From contig CBDBBI010000010.1 in assembly GCA_965202625.1 (NCBI GenBank), positions 352,001 to 416,000 of the forward strand: DNA of 64,000 nt, written 5' to 3'. The position numbers and the translations under genes are program-made. Under the pieces are notes generated by a model, which saw nothing but the letters and a program-made list of their open reading frames with translations, was not told the origin of the DNA and did no database searches. The stretch comes from a bacterium. GTDB taxonomy: Bacteria > UBA8248. Below, one piece after another: positions 31,363 to 42,064 of the stretch (position 1 is the first letter of the stretch; every line of letters begins with the position of its first letter).

Positions 31363-32055
31363 CTAGATCGCTGTGCTAGCGTGAGCGGTGAATATGTTGT
31401 GCTCCATTTTGGGCTTGCCCTCGAACGCAGGGTCCTCGTTCACCATCTTGGCCAGATATTCATCGACGTGCTCGGCGTTTGACCAAGTGCATTTGTAGGC
31501 CACTTTCTCGTCTTTGCCGATCAGCCAGACGGTGTTCGGAAGGTCTCCGAGCATGGCGTGGACCTTTTGATCCATCTCATCGACCAGGACGTTGGTTTTC
31601 ATTTTTTTGATATAGACTAACTCTTTGGCATAGATCAGCTTATGCTCATAGGATTCATGATTTCTGATCTCGGGGAATCCACGCTCGCCCGCGTGAGGTT
31701 CCCTGACGTAGAGATTGAATACGACGACATCGCGCTCCGCGTATTTTTCCTGCATTTTTTCATAAAACGGCACCTGCCGCCGGTAGGGAGGTCACGTAAT
31801 GGCACCCGTGGTGACCACCATGTATTTTTTGCCCAAATAATCCCCCATACAGTGGAGGTTGCCGTGAATGTCCTTGAGAGCGAAATGGGGAAAAGTACTG
31901 CCCGGAGGAAGAAGGTCTGGAAATTTGCCGTAGAAACTTTTCACCCGCTTACTCGTGACGAGTTTGATAGTTTTCCAAAGGTTCAGATATTGCCAGGACC
32001 AAAAACCCGCCATCGGTCCCCATGGTTTTGAGGCGAAGTCGTTGGCTGGTCGCAT
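31363..32055 (-). CDS. Deiodinase-like thioredoxin-fold selenoprotein (Sec88)
   Basis: ORFs 31792-32142 and 31363-31773 are in frame across one TGA (31794-31792), reading TGAIT-U-PPY; YVREPH and VDEMD motifs; AAGGAG RBS before ATG 32055; SECIS-like hairpin follows the TGA. Confidence 0.85.
31766..31781 (-). promoter_or_regulatory. Bacterial SECIS element candidate
   Basis: GGCGGC-AGGU-GCCGUU stem-loop starting 10 nt after the UGA, loop beginning after 16 nt; GCAGGU resembles the E. coli fdhF SECIS apex. Confidence 0.7.
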
Positions 32056-32584
32056 AGCGAGGAACTCCTTTAAGAGAGACGCTGGGTTAGTAGGAATGAT
32101 GTACGTTCCATTTTTTCTACCCAATCCCGACGTGAAAGACAACCCCAGGGGATGTGCGTTTCATCCTCAGGCGTGTGAAGGAATGGATTTGTATCCTGAG
32201 TTTCCATAGCGTTTTGCTTGAAGCATACAACGTCCTTGGGAAATCGAATACCAGTTGGCGTTTCGCCTGAAAGTTGAAGCGTCTTTGGGGGGGGGGAGGT
32301 TCCGACCTTTGGTTTCTCTCGCTTCAAGACGGCGCGTTGGTTTTTTCTTTTTGCTTGTTTCGCCTCGGTTTTTTTCGGCTCTTCGTTTCACTGGCGGCTT
32401 TGGGCAGTGAATCGTCCGGCAGCTCGAGTGCGCTCGACGAAGGCCATCGCGATCTTTTTGTCTCTGGCGGGCTATTGTCTATGATTGAGTCTCGAAGGTT
32501 TTGGGGGCGAACTGAGCGCTCGTTCTGCGCCCGTGCATCAAAGACCGCGTTCTCAAGCGCCGCTTTTAAGTCCTTGGGCTTCCT

Positions 32585-33095
32585 CTAGGCTGCTTTTCTC
32601 GTCAAAGGTTGTTCTTCGCCTTTCATGCGCATGGGTTTGGTTTTCAGGTCATCAATGCGGCGATAAAAGCCTGGGCTATGGGGCGTGGACGGTATTCCGA
32701 GTAGTTTCCTGTCGATGTGGTTCATGAGTTCATGCATGAGGGTATCGAGAAACGTTTTGCCTGCGACGAATTGTTTCCGCACGGCCGTCAAGGTTGGCGA
32801 TTCCAATCGTCCCGCTTTCAAAGTAATAGACGCCATGTTCATTATACGTGAGCTTCCCCGCGCGCAGCTTGTGGAGTTGTCGTCCATCCAGTACGCGCAA
32901 GCACGCGGGTTGAATTTTAATGGCGCGACAAATGTCGTTGAGTAGTTTTTGTCCCAAAGCTTCGCGCTCCTACGTGTCCCTAGACACGATAAACCTCCCG
33001 ACAAGTTCGCAGGTTTGCGCTGATGGTTGATATTTTAGGGAGAATAGTTTGTTGGAACGGATGAAATCCGGCGTATCGTGGCGACGCTTGCCCAT
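32585..33095 (-). pseudogene. Zincin/SprT-like metallopeptidase-family protein, disrupted
   Basis: In-frame TAG at 32972-32970, frameshift near 32790, HExxH eroded to HELMN followed by PHSPGFY. Confidence 0.55.
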
Positions 33096-33211
33096 TTGGA
33101 GGAGCCGCTTCTGAGGGAGAAGGCAGGCGGAACGGGCCTTGAATGCTCAATGGGCGGTTAATTAGCATCATATAAGAAGCGAACGCTCATAGCGAGAGTC
33201 GTCCTTCGGGT

Positions 33212-34249
33212 CTAATCCGTCTCCAATATTTCCTCAATCGTCACTATCCTCCTCTCGGCGTTGCTTTTCAGCATCGCTCGCATGATGGCGAGCGCTCGAA
33301 CACCGTGGCGTCCGGTAACTTCTGGGTCTCTGTCTTCTTGAATGGCTCCGACCAAATCGTCGAATTGCTCCCGGTTGGCCAGGAGCCTCCCCTCCACCAA
33401 ATCGTGGTCGAACGCTACGGTTTGCGTCTCCACGCCGCCCATCATGTCGACTGGTCGCTTGAGAGTCGGGTTTTCGGTTGCCGAAAGGCTTAGGTTCGCT
33501 TGCGTGCCTTGGACCTCAAAAGCGAAATGGAATGGAGCGAGGTAACTTCCGGAGATGGTTCCTAGAAGTCCGCTTTTGAACCGTAAAATAGCAGCGGCGG
33601 CATCCTCTTGGGGGTTGGGGCCGCCTACTTTGGCACATGAGGCGCTCAAATCGGCCACTTCGCCGAACAAGTATTCCATCACGTCCCCGAGATGGATGGT
33701 ATAGCTGTAAAGTGGCCCGCCCGGGTTCTCCGTGGCGTCCCATCTCATGCTTTTGGGGCCTGCAGTGAAGCCGTGGTTGTTGGAAAACGTGGCGACCGTG
33801 TAGTTCACCAACCCCAAATCTCCGTTTTCCACAATTTCTTTCGTTTTCCGAAACATCGGCCAGCGCCTGAAATTCTGCCCTATATGGAGTTTTACGCCAC
33901 AATCCCCGCAGACCCGCTCGATGGTTTGCGCATCAGAGACGCTCAGCGCCATAGGTTTTTCTAAGTGAATGTGTTTGCCTGCGCGCGCGGCTGCTATGGC
34001 AATTTTTTTGTGTGCGGAGTTCGCCGTGGCGATGACGACGGCAGACGTGTCCCCATCTAAGAACACCTCATCAAGAGAGGCAAAATTTTTGCCGCCATAT
34101 TTAGAGACAAACTCTTCCCGTGAGGAGAGTGTGCGCGCGAAGCCCCCGGTCACTTTCACTTTCCCTGAGGCGAGGGCGGCGTCCGCTAGGACGGCGCCCC
34201 ACCAGCCCAGCCCGATGAAGGCCATGCCGATTTTAGGGAGATCGCTCAT
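33212..34249 (-). CDS. Gfo/Idh/MocA family oxidoreductase
   Basis: IGLGWWG and GKHIHLEKPMA motifs. Confidence 0.9.
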   Translation of the reverse strand: MSDLPKIGMAFIGLGWWGAVLADAALASGKVKVTGGFARTLSSREEFVSKYGGKNFASLDEVFLDGDTSAVVIATANSAHKKIAIAAARAGKHIHLEKPMALSVSDAQTIERVCGDCGVKLHIGQNFRRWPMFRKTKEIVENGDLGLVNYTVATFSNNHGFTAGPKSMRWDATENPGGPLYSYTIHLGDVMEYLFGEVADLSASCAKVGGPNPQEDAAAAILRFKSGLLGTISGSYLAPFHFAFEVQGTQANLSLSATENPTLKRPVDMMGGVETQTVAFDHDLVEGRLLANREQFDDLVGAIQEDRDPEVTGRHGVRALAIMRAMLKSNAERRIVTIEEILETD

Positions 34250-34300
34250 CCTATTGGCTCCTTCTCATATTCAAAGCGGGCGGGAAGGCGTATGCACACT

Positions 34301-35072
34301 CTAGCGGCTACGCCAGTTGGGTTTTCTTTTTTCCCTAAAGGCTGCCAAACCCTCTCGCGTGTATTCGGATGTCTGAAGACGATGGCTGATGAGTTTGGCC
34401 ATGCTGATGCCCTCGCGCCAGTCGGGCGTTTGCAAACCTTTGAGCAGTGCCTCTTTTGTGGTCGAACCGCCAAGGTCGCATTTTCGTTGATGAGGGTGGC
34501 CATGGCGCGCGCCTCGTCCATCAAAGTCTCATGGGGTGCATTTTTGTTCACCATGCCCCAGCGCACGGCCTCCTCCGCAGGGATGTTTCTACCGGTCAGC
34601 ATGAATTCCATGGCGATGCCAGGAGGTATGGTTTTGGGCAGATACTGGTGTCCCCCCCCCCCAGATTCATCGCGCCATATTTGGGTTGCGGGTGACCGAA
34701 AGTGGCGGTTTCTGAGGCGATTCTGAGATCGCACGAGAGTACCAGCGAACATCCCTCGCCAAAGGCGTAGCCGTTCACCGCGGCGATGGTAGGTTTATAA
34801 ATCTCGAGTTCTCCATGCCACATCGTGGGCGAATCATGATCTTTATATTGGCCTTCGCCCTCCACGATCATGGAGGGGTCGTGGCTCGAACAAAACGCGC
34901 GATCGCCGGCTCCGATGACAATGGCCGTCCACGCCTCGTCGTCTTTGGCGAATTTTTGCCAGGGGTCATATAGTTCACCCACTATTTCTTCGTTGTAGGC
35001 GTTGAGTTTCTCGAGCCGTTTTAGGGTGATGGTGGTGATTTTATCTTTCACCTCATAGATGATGATGCCCAT
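34301..35072 (-). pseudogene. Enoyl-CoA hydratase/isomerase (crotonase), disrupted
   Basis: KPTIAAVNGYAFG, CDLRIASE and REGLAAFREKRKPNW in three segments; frameshift at a G11 run (34652-34662) and a 1-nt deletion near 34462; eroded AFCSSHD motif. Confidence 0.85.
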
Positions 35073-35423
35073 CAGTGATTCTCCAGGCTCGATTTGGCAG
35101 GCGTGATCGATTATGTTCATTGGGCCGAAAGTAGCGATGCCGGAGCTTTAAGTCAAATGTTTAAGGATGATATTCCTCTGGCCCCTTGGTTTTTGATGGT
35201 AAGCGGGGAGGGTGCCTTCTTCTCATGGATTTCACCGGAGGGTTCAGAAAGCGGACTCTGATCGCGCGACGATATGGCACTTCACTTTGTGTGCTGTCCA
35301 TTCGGCGTTTTCTTGACAAGTTTTAGCCTGGGTACTAGCGTCGCCTTGAAAATTCGATCTTTTAATCTATTTAGAAATACTTGACATTTTTTGTTTATAA
35401 CTTTTTTTAAGGAGAAATACCCC

Positions 35424-36662
35424 ATGACGAATTATCCCACGTGGGCGCGCGGCTCGATGATGGTCGATTGGGAACACCGAATCGACATGGAGCGCATGCG
35501 CAGAGAGCGCATTGAGAAGACTCAGGCGGCGATGAGGAATGAGGGCATTGATGCCCTCGTTCTTTGGAAGGATGAAAACGTGCGTTACCTGACCAGCGCG
35601 CGAGTCATCATGATTCAGTACCGCTCTTCCACCACATATGGCGTGCTGCTCAGGCAGGAGGGCACCCCGACGCTCTTAGCTTCAAGCGGCGAGGCGCACC
35701 GGATAGAGGAGTGTATGCCCTGGATCGACGATTATGTGCCCATCGGTATTCTGGAGGAACCGGGTCTGGTCGAGCACACGGTGCGGGAGGACATCAAAAA
35801 GCGATTTGATGACTGGGGGGTGTCGAACGGCACAATTGGCCTTGACGGCCATACATTCGTCCAGCGAGAGATGATAGAAAAATACTTTCCGGAAGCCACG
35901 TTCGTGGATGGCGAGCAGTTCATGTACATGAGCAGGGTTCAGAAGACGCCAGATGAAGTCGCTTGTCTTCAACAGGCGTGCGCTATTGCGGACGCCGTGA
36001 CCATAACGGCGCTAAACCACGCCGTGCCGGGCGTGCGCGAGTTTGACGTGGCAGCTGAAGCCATGAAGACGCTTTTCACTCATGGTGGGGAGTTCGGGCA
36101 TCTGGCGTCTCCGTTCGTGGCCTCGGGCGAGCACATGGCGCCTCCGACGCGCTTTCCCACTGACAAGATCATCCGAAACGGCGACATCGTATTCATCGAC
36201 ATTGGTGCTTGCTGGAACGGGTATTTTGGCGATTGTGGGCGTGCAAAGGTCGCGGGCGCTCCACCTCATCCCATGCAGCGAAAGGTGTATACGACTGTTT
36301 ACAAGGCGCTCAAGGCGGGAATCGACAAAATGCGCCCTGGATACACGAACGATGATTCGGCGGCGGAATTCTTGGAAGTCGCTCGCTCCGCGGGTCTGGA
36401 AGATAATTTCATCAAACTTTTTATTGGGCATGGCTGCGGCATATCGCCCAACGAGCCGCCCTACATAGGCGAGGTGATGCCCGGGGCCAGCAGCGTGGAT
36501 TTCTTGCCGGGGATGACATTCGCCGTCGAACCCCTAATATTCGTGCCGGGCGTTCCTGGTGGAGCTGGCGTGCGCATTGAGGATCATATTCTGATCACCG
36601 AGGATGGGCCCGTCTACATGACGCGCGCTCCCTATTGCGAGGAATTGATCGTTCAGGATTAG
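35424..36662 (+). CDS. M24 family (Xaa-Pro peptidase/creatinase-like) metallohydrolase
   Basis: FIDIG...GDCGR, GHGCG, AVEP and VRIEDH metal ligands; AAGGAG RBS. Confidence 0.88.
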   Translation: MTNYPTWARGSMMVDWEHRIDMERMRRERIEKTQAAMRNEGIDALVLWKDENVRYLTSARVIMIQYRSSTTYGVLLRQEGTPTLLASSGEAHRIEECMPWIDDYVPIGILEEPGLVEHTVREDIKKRFDDWGVSNGTIGLDGHTFVQREMIEKYFPEATFVDGEQFMYMSRVQKTPDEVACLQQACAIADAVTITALNHAVPGVREFDVAAEAMKTLFTHGGEFGHLASPFVASGEHMAPPTRFPTDKIIRNGDIVFIDIGACWNGYFGDCGRAKVAGAPPHPMQRKVYTTVYKALKAGIDKMRPGYTNDDSAAEFLEVARSAGLEDNFIKLFIGHGCGISPNEPPYIGEVMPGASSVDFLPGMTFAVEPLIFVPGVPGGAGVRIEDHILITEDGPVYMTRAPYCEELIVQD

Positions 36663-36733
36663 GCGAGCGTTGGTTCGCAACGGCGTCCCTCTCCGCGCCG
36701 GATTCAGTATGCTTTTCGTTGTGATATGAGGCA

Positions 36734-37425
36734 GTGCTGACGGAAATTCCCTTGGCTGTTGCGGCGTCCGCCTGTTTTTCATGATCTGTGTATTCTCGCG
36801 CTTGGCGAGCTCATATCGTCCGGCACGGGGACACTGTTTTATTTGCCTTGGACATTGGCGCGAGTGCCGATGAGCGCTTTCTCTAGTTCGAATCTGTTCT
36901 GGCTTGTAGAAATTGGCATACTCATCCTTGGTGCGGCTCCTGTGGGGAGCCTGCGTGGCGTTGCCCGCTTTTATCCCGCACGCTTGCCGTCGCTGGAGTC
37001 CCCTATGGCTTTGCCGCGACGCTCATATAGGTGACACGCGCGACCTCATTATTCGCTACACCTCGCCCAGCTTGCCCTACAAGACGCTGGCGACTTTTGT
37101 GATAGCGATGATCTCCAGCGTTGTCATGTCCTCTTTTTGTGTGAACTCCAAATCCGGCCACCACACGTCTACGAAAAAGAAAAAGGGATATTCTATTTCA
37201 CACTTGGCGGAATCGCCAGTTTTCTGTTTTCTGCGCTGACGGTCCTGGTTTTGGCGCTTGAGCAGGGCAGCGTCGTCGTTGTGACGCCTATCGTCTCCAC
37301 CCAGCCATCGTTCGTGCTGCTTTCTTCGCGGCTTCTACTTTGAGGGATGGAGACGCTGACGCCGCCGATGATCTTAGGCGCTGCGTTCATTGTATCGGGG
37401 GCGCGCTGATTGGCCTTGGTGATTC
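36734..37425 (+). pseudogene. EamA/DMT transporter, heavily disrupted
   Basis: ALEQGSVVVVTPIVSTQPSFVLL*GMETLT...GAAFIVSG C-terminal DMT pattern with multiple stops and frameshifts; boundaries approximate. Confidence 0.7.
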
Positions 37426-37426
37426 A

Positions 37427-38482
37427 TCAGACGAGTTTGTCGTCGAGGCCGAGTTGCTCAGCCAGCTCTCGCAATCGCTTGATAAGGGGCGGTGCGACGG
37501 GGACGCCGTGTTGGCGCATCTCCTCTTTTCTTTGCTCTAGCCCCTCGCCAGGAACGCGAATGGGGCCTCCGCCTTCCATGGATGTAGAATTTTTGATTTC
37601 TCGGAGTTTTACGTCCATTTCACCCTTGAAATCGTCCAGATTCCGGAAAATATCCGGGCGCATGACGAAAAATGCCTGTCCCGTATTCGTGGGCGTCTGA
37701 AAATCCTTATTGAAGTCCACGACGCTTGAGCCGAAAGCCGCCCCGTTGAGCACGCCGGCGAGTGCGCCGATCATCATGTTCAGCCCATAGCCCTTATGAC
37801 CTCCGATGGGGAGCAAAAAACCCTCCTCGGCGCGCGAGGCATCCGTGAGAGGCTTCCCGTCCTTGGTCATCATCCAGCCCTCGGGCATCGGTTTTCCTTC
37901 CTGGGCGTAGATTTTCACTTTTCCATAAGAGGTCTCGGTGGTGGCCATGTCGAGAACGAAAGGTGCTTCCTCTCCCGCGGGAACGGCATAGGCGATCGGG
38001 TTGGTGCTGAGGAGCATGTCGGTACCGCCCCAGGGAGGCATGTGATTGGCGTTGGCGACCGCCATGTACATCCCGATCATGTCATGCGCAAGGGGCATCG
38101 CGGCGTAGACTCCCGCGGCGCCGGCATGGTTGCTGTGATGAATACCGATCCATGCCAAGCCATTTTCTTTTGCCTTTTGAATGGCGATCTCGGCCGCGAA
38201 CGTCACGACCACCTGTCCAAGGCCGTTGTCTCCGTTGACCAACGCGCTTACAGGGGTCTCGCGCTCAGCGCGTATGTGGGGCCTCAGGTTGTATCCGCCT
38301 TCTCGTATTCTGCGGCAATAAGGAGGAAGTCTAAAAATACCGTGTCCGCGCATTCCGTGGAGGTCTGCTTCAATCATCCGAGCGGCGCAGATGCGTGCAT
38401 GCTCCTCTAAGACGTCATGTGCCGTCAATGCGGTGCGAATGAAGTTCTCCAGGCGTTCGACGGGATAGCGTAGCACTGACAT
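37427..38482 (-). CDS. Ldh_2 family (malate/L-lactate/sulfolactate-type) dehydrogenase
   Basis: GHGIFRL, SNHAGA, TNPIAYAVP, LDMATT and GGHKGYGL motifs. Confidence 0.92.
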   Translation of the reverse strand: MSVLRYPVERLENFIRTALTAHDVLEEHARICAARMIEADLHGMRGHGIFRLPPYCRRIREGGYNLRPHIRAERETPVSALVNGDNGLGQVVVTFAAEIAIQKAKENGLAWIGIHHSNHAGAAGVYAAMPLAHDMIGMYMAVANANHMPPWGGTDMLLSTNPIAYAVPAGEEAPFVLDMATTETSYGKVKIYAQEGKPMPEGWMMTKDGKPLTDASRAEEGFLLPIGGHKGYGLNMMIGALAGVLNGAAFGSSVVDFNKDFQTPTNTGQAFFVMRPDIFRNLDDFKGEMDVKLREIKNSTSMEGGGPIRVPGEGLEQRKEEMRQHGVPVAPPLIKRLRELAEQLGLDDKLV

Positions 38483-38730
38483 TTCATCTCCTCGTTCGGA
38501 TGAAGGTTTTGAGAGTTCCAGGGGGCGTGCGCGCAGTTCATGCGGCCAACCGTTGCCAGTTTGTCTGTAAAGATTCCTTAAAGTTCGCCTCTCTGTGCGA
38601 TTTCACGAGCTCGATATGATATGTTTTTATACGTCTTTATTAAAAGTGGTTTTGCGTAATTGAGAAAGATTTGACCTGCGCGTTGGGGAGGATGAACGCG
38701 GCTTCAGCATTTCACTCAAAAGGGGGTACG

Positions 38731-39735
38731 ATGAATTTTATCAAAAAACCCGAATGGTCGATACCTGAGTGCGAGGCGACGTCGGAGTCCGCATTTTTAA
38801 GTCGTCGCACTTTCATGGCGGGTGGCTTGAGCGTGATGTTGAGCCAAATGCTGACGCCTCCCTACTGGCCCGAGCGCGACGGTCCGATCACCTTGGCCCA
38901 AGCGAAGAAAGGGGAGGCGCACCTTAAAGATCAGACGGTGAATCTCTACCCGGCGCGCCGGAATCCCGCGTTTACTCTGGATCGGCCTTTGACGGATGAA
39001 AAAGTGGCCGCCGAGTACAATAATTTCTACGAATTCGGCGGTTCCAAGTCTATCGCCTGGCTTGCCAGGCGCATGGAGACGCGTCCTTGGCAAGTGGAGA
39101 TTAGAGGGCACGTCAAAAAGCCAAAAACCTATGACATTGATGATTTGATCAAGGGCATGACGCTTGAGGAGCGGCTTTACCGTTTCCGATGCGTGGAAGC
39201 ATGGGCGATGGCCGTTCCATGGACGGGTTTTAAGGTTTCAGAGTTGATCAAAAAAGTAGAGCCTACGAGCAAGGCGAAGTACGTCAAGTTCACCACTTTC
39301 TTGAACCGCAAGGTGGCACTAGGGCAGCTCCAAGTCTGGTACCCGTGGCCGTATGTAGAGGGCCTCACCATGAAGGAGGCCATGAACGAGCTGGCGATTA
39401 TGGGGACGGGCATTTATGGGCGTCCTCTGCCGCAGCAACATGGCGCACCTTTGCGATTGGTGGCGCCCTGGAAGTATGGATTCAAAAACGTGAAGTCCAT
39501 CGTCTCCATCGAATTTACCGACGAGCGACCCCGCACGTTTTGGGAGCGAGCGGCACCCAGCGATTATGGTTTTTGGGCGAATATCAACCCAAAATTTCAT
39601 CACCCTAGATGGTCCCAGGCCACTGAACGCATGCTCGGAACGAACGAGAGAAGGCCGACGCTCTTGTTTAACGGCTATGCAAAATGGGTGGGGGGTATGT
39701 ATCCGGATATGAACGACCGGAAGTATTTCATGTAA
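38731..39735 (+). CDS. msrP: Periplasmic methionine sulfoxide reductase catalytic subunit MsrP
   Basis: Tat motif SRRTFM; YNNFYEFG, RFRCVEAW, PWKYGFK and HPRWSQATE motifs. Confidence 0.93.
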   Translation: MNFIKKPEWSIPECEATSESAFLSRRTFMAGGLSVMLSQMLTPPYWPERDGPITLAQAKKGEAHLKDQTVNLYPARRNPAFTLDRPLTDEKVAAEYNNFYEFGGSKSIAWLARRMETRPWQVEIRGHVKKPKTYDIDDLIKGMTLEERLYRFRCVEAWAMAVPWTGFKVSELIKKVEPTSKAKYVKFTTFLNRKVALGQLQVWYPWPYVEGLTMKEAMNELAIMGTGIYGRPLPQQHGAPLRLVAPWKYGFKNVKSIVSIEFTDERPRTFWERAAPSDYGFWANINPKFHHPRWSQATERMLGTNERRPTLLFNGYAKWVGGMYPDMNDRKYFM

Positions 39736-39748
39736 GCGTGGGTCTGAG

Positions 39749-39799
39749 AAGAAAAACCATCGTCTGGCATGCCAAGGGATCGGGGGATGGTTTTTTCTT
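39749..39799. terminator. Probable bidirectional terminator between convergent msrP and the lyase gene
   Basis: Inverted repeat AAGAAAAACCATC...GATGGTTTTTTCTT with A/T tails. Confidence 0.45.
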
Positions 39800-39810
39800 G
39801 CCAATAGGAA

Positions 39811-40986
39811 TTACGCTTTGAGCGCCCGATCGATATCCTCGAGCAAATCATCGGCGTCTTCAATCCCCACCGATAGCCGGATGAGCGTATCGCCGATGCC
39901 GAGCGCTTTTCTGCTTTCTTCGGTCAGAGAGGCGTGGGTCATAATGGCAGGGTGTTCCACCAAGGACTCCGTGCCTCCGAGGCTCTCCGCCAAGGTGAAC
40001 AGGCGAACGTTTTCCAGAAACTTCCTCGCGTTGGGCAAACCTCCTTTGATATAAAACGCCAGCATCCCCCCAAAACCGCTCATTTGCATTTTGGCCAATT
40101 TGTGCTGGGGGTGGGACGCAAGCCCGGGATAGAGCACTCTTTCCACATTCGCGCACCCCTCTAGAAACTTGGCGATTTTCATAGCGTTCTCTTGGTGTTT
40201 TTCCATCCGCACCGGAAGAGTGTCGATGCCCCGCATGGTCATGTAGCAATCGAAAGGAGAGGGAATCGCTCCAAGCGCGTTCTGGTAGTGTTTGATCCGC
40301 TCATGGAGCACTTCGTTCTTCGTCACGAGGGCACCGCCCACGACGTCGCTGTGTCCGCCGATGTATTTCGTCGTGCTATGAACGGCAATATCCGCGCCCA
40401 AGGCGAGCGGCCTTTGAAAGTAGGGACTCATAAAGGTATTGTCCACGGCGATGATGACGCCATCACTCCCAAACGTGGAGGCGATGCTCTGGATGTCCGC
40501 CATCTTCAAGAGCGGGTTCGTGGGGGTCTCTATCCAGATGAGTTTCGTATTCTCTCTGATTTTGCCGGCTAGGGACTCCTCATCGGACATATCGACATAG
40601 TCGCACTCGACTCCGAATTTTTCAAAACCCCTCAAATCTTTGCCTGTGATAAGGCGAAATGTTCCGCCGTACACGTCATCAGAGCAGAGCATGTGAGCGC
40701 CATGGGCCAGAAGAGCAAAAAGTATCGTGGTGCTAGTGCCCAGCCCTGAGGAAAATGCAAGGCCACGGCACTCCGCCTCTCCCTCCTCTGGACTCTCCAA
40801 ACTGGCGATATTTCGCTCCAGGGCTTGTCGCGTCGGGTTGTCCGAGCGCGAGTATTCGAAGTCGCCGACGGGCTCACCCGGCGTCCTTTGCTTGAACGTG
40901 CTGCTCATGGAGATGTCTGGCTTCACGGCGCCTGTGAGCGCGTTTGGCTCTTTTCCGACGTGGACTGCCCTCGTGGATATTTTCAT
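39811..40986 (-). CDS. Cystathionine gamma-lyase/synthase (Cys/Met metabolism PLP enzyme)
   Basis: YSRSDNPT, ETPTNP, VDNTF, HSTTKYIGGHSD and LAESLGG motifs. Confidence 0.92.
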   Translation of the reverse strand: MKISTRAVHVGKEPNALTGAVKPDISMSSTFKQRTPGEPVGDFEYSRSDNPTRQALERNIASLESPEEGEAECRGLAFSSGLGTSTTILFALLAHGAHMLCSDDVYGGTFRLITGKDLRGFEKFGVECDYVDMSDEESLAGKIRENTKLIWIETPTNPLLKMADIQSIASTFGSDGVIIAVDNTFMSPYFQRPLALGADIAVHSTTKYIGGHSDVVGGALVTKNEVLHERIKHYQNALGAIPSPFDCYMTMRGIDTLPVRMEKHQENAMKIAKFLEGCANVERVLYPGLASHPQHKLAKMQMSGFGGMLAFYIKGGLPNARKFLENVRLFTLAESLGGTESLVEHPAIMTHASLTEESRKALGIGDTLIRLSVGIEDADDLLEDIDRALKA

Positions 40987-41068
40987 TTTGCTCCGAGTCG
41001 GTGTGTATGACCCTTGCGTTCTTTTTGGTGTTTTCCTTGTAGTGGAAATTCCACTAGGTCTCGGTCGT

Positions 41069-42064
41069 TTAATTTGCCGGCGTCCCCACAGTCTCTTTGT
41101 CGTCTAAAAACGAATTGGCTGCCATCCATTCGTCAGAGAATATCTTACTGAGATAAAACATGCCGGAATCAGGCAACAAGGTGATGATTTTCTCAGGTTT
41201 GTCGAGGGATCGCGCGTATTTAAGAGCACCCATGACCGCTCCACCCGCCGATCCACCTGCCAGGATGCCTTCTTCTCTCGATAGCTTTCGCGCCATCAAG
41301 AGCGATTCCTTGTCGGTGACCTGTACGACTTCGTCGACGTTGTCAAAACTAAGTGTCTTGGGTTTGAAACTTTCCCCAATTCCCTCCGTCTTGTAGGATT
41401 CAGCCTTGGGATCTATTTCGCCATGGAATAGACCGTATAGAATCGAGCCGATGGGGTCCACGCCGATAATTTTGACGCGAGGATTTAGTTCTTTTAAGAA
41501 TTTTCCGATGCCCGAGATGGTGCCGCCGGTGCCTAGACCGGTGACGAAAGCGTCAAAATCGCCTCCCGTTTGCTTCCAAATCTCGGGGCCCGTCGTGCGG
41601 TAGTGGGACTCCGGGTTGTTGGGGTTGTTGTATTGGTTCGCCAAAATGGAATTGGGTGTCTCTTCCACAATTCCGCGCGCGACACAGTAATGGCTTCTCG
41701 GGTCGTCTAGAGCTACCGTCGGTGTTACGATAACTTGTGCGCCATATGCGCGTAGCCTGTCGATTTTCTCCTGACTCATCTTGTCGGGCATCACGAAAAT
41801 GCACTTATAGCCTTTGACGGCTGCAACCATGGCGAGTCCGGCACCCGTGTTTCCGGAGGTGGCCTCGACGATCGTTCCGCCTGGTTTGAGTTCCCCTTTG
41901 CTCTCTGCGTCTTGGACGATCAGCGGCGCGATACGATCTTTTACCGATAATCCGGGGTTCATATATTCCACTTTGACGAACATTTTTGATTTCACGTCAG
42001 AGCCGATTGCGTTGAGCCTTACGATTGGCGTGTCGCCAATGGTTTCTAAAATGTTTCTCTTCAT
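41069..42064 (-). CDS. Cystathionine beta-synthase/cysteine synthase family protein without C-terminal CBS domains
   Basis: NPGLSVKDR, EATSGNTG, MPDKMSQEK, GTGGT and TEGIG motifs; paired with the gamma-lyase. Confidence 0.9.
   Translation of the reverse strand: MKRNILETIGDTPIVRLNAIGSDVKSKMFVKVEYMNPGLSVKDRIAPLIVQDAESKGELKPGGTIVEATSGNTGAGLAMVAAVKGYKCIFVMPDKMSQEKIDRLRAYGAQVIVTPTVALDDPRSHYCVARGIVEETPNSILANQYNNPNNPESHYRTTGPEIWKQTGGDFDAFVTGLGTGGTISGIGKFLKELNPRVKIIGVDPIGSILYGLFHGEIDPKAESYKTEGIGESFKPKTLSFDNVDEVVQVTDKESLLMARKLSREEGILAGGSAGGAVMGALKYARSLDKPEKIITLLPDSGMFYLSKIFSDEWMAANSFLDDKETVGTPAN

Noticed and set aside
32167-32630. Lys-rich broken reading frame and G10 run upstream of the selenoprotein
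   Set aside because: No identifiable homology or promoter link; probably decayed sequence
34652-34662. G11 tract as a phase-variation switch in the crotonase gene
   Set aside because: A second frameshift near 34462 and motif decay mean that slippage alone would not restore function
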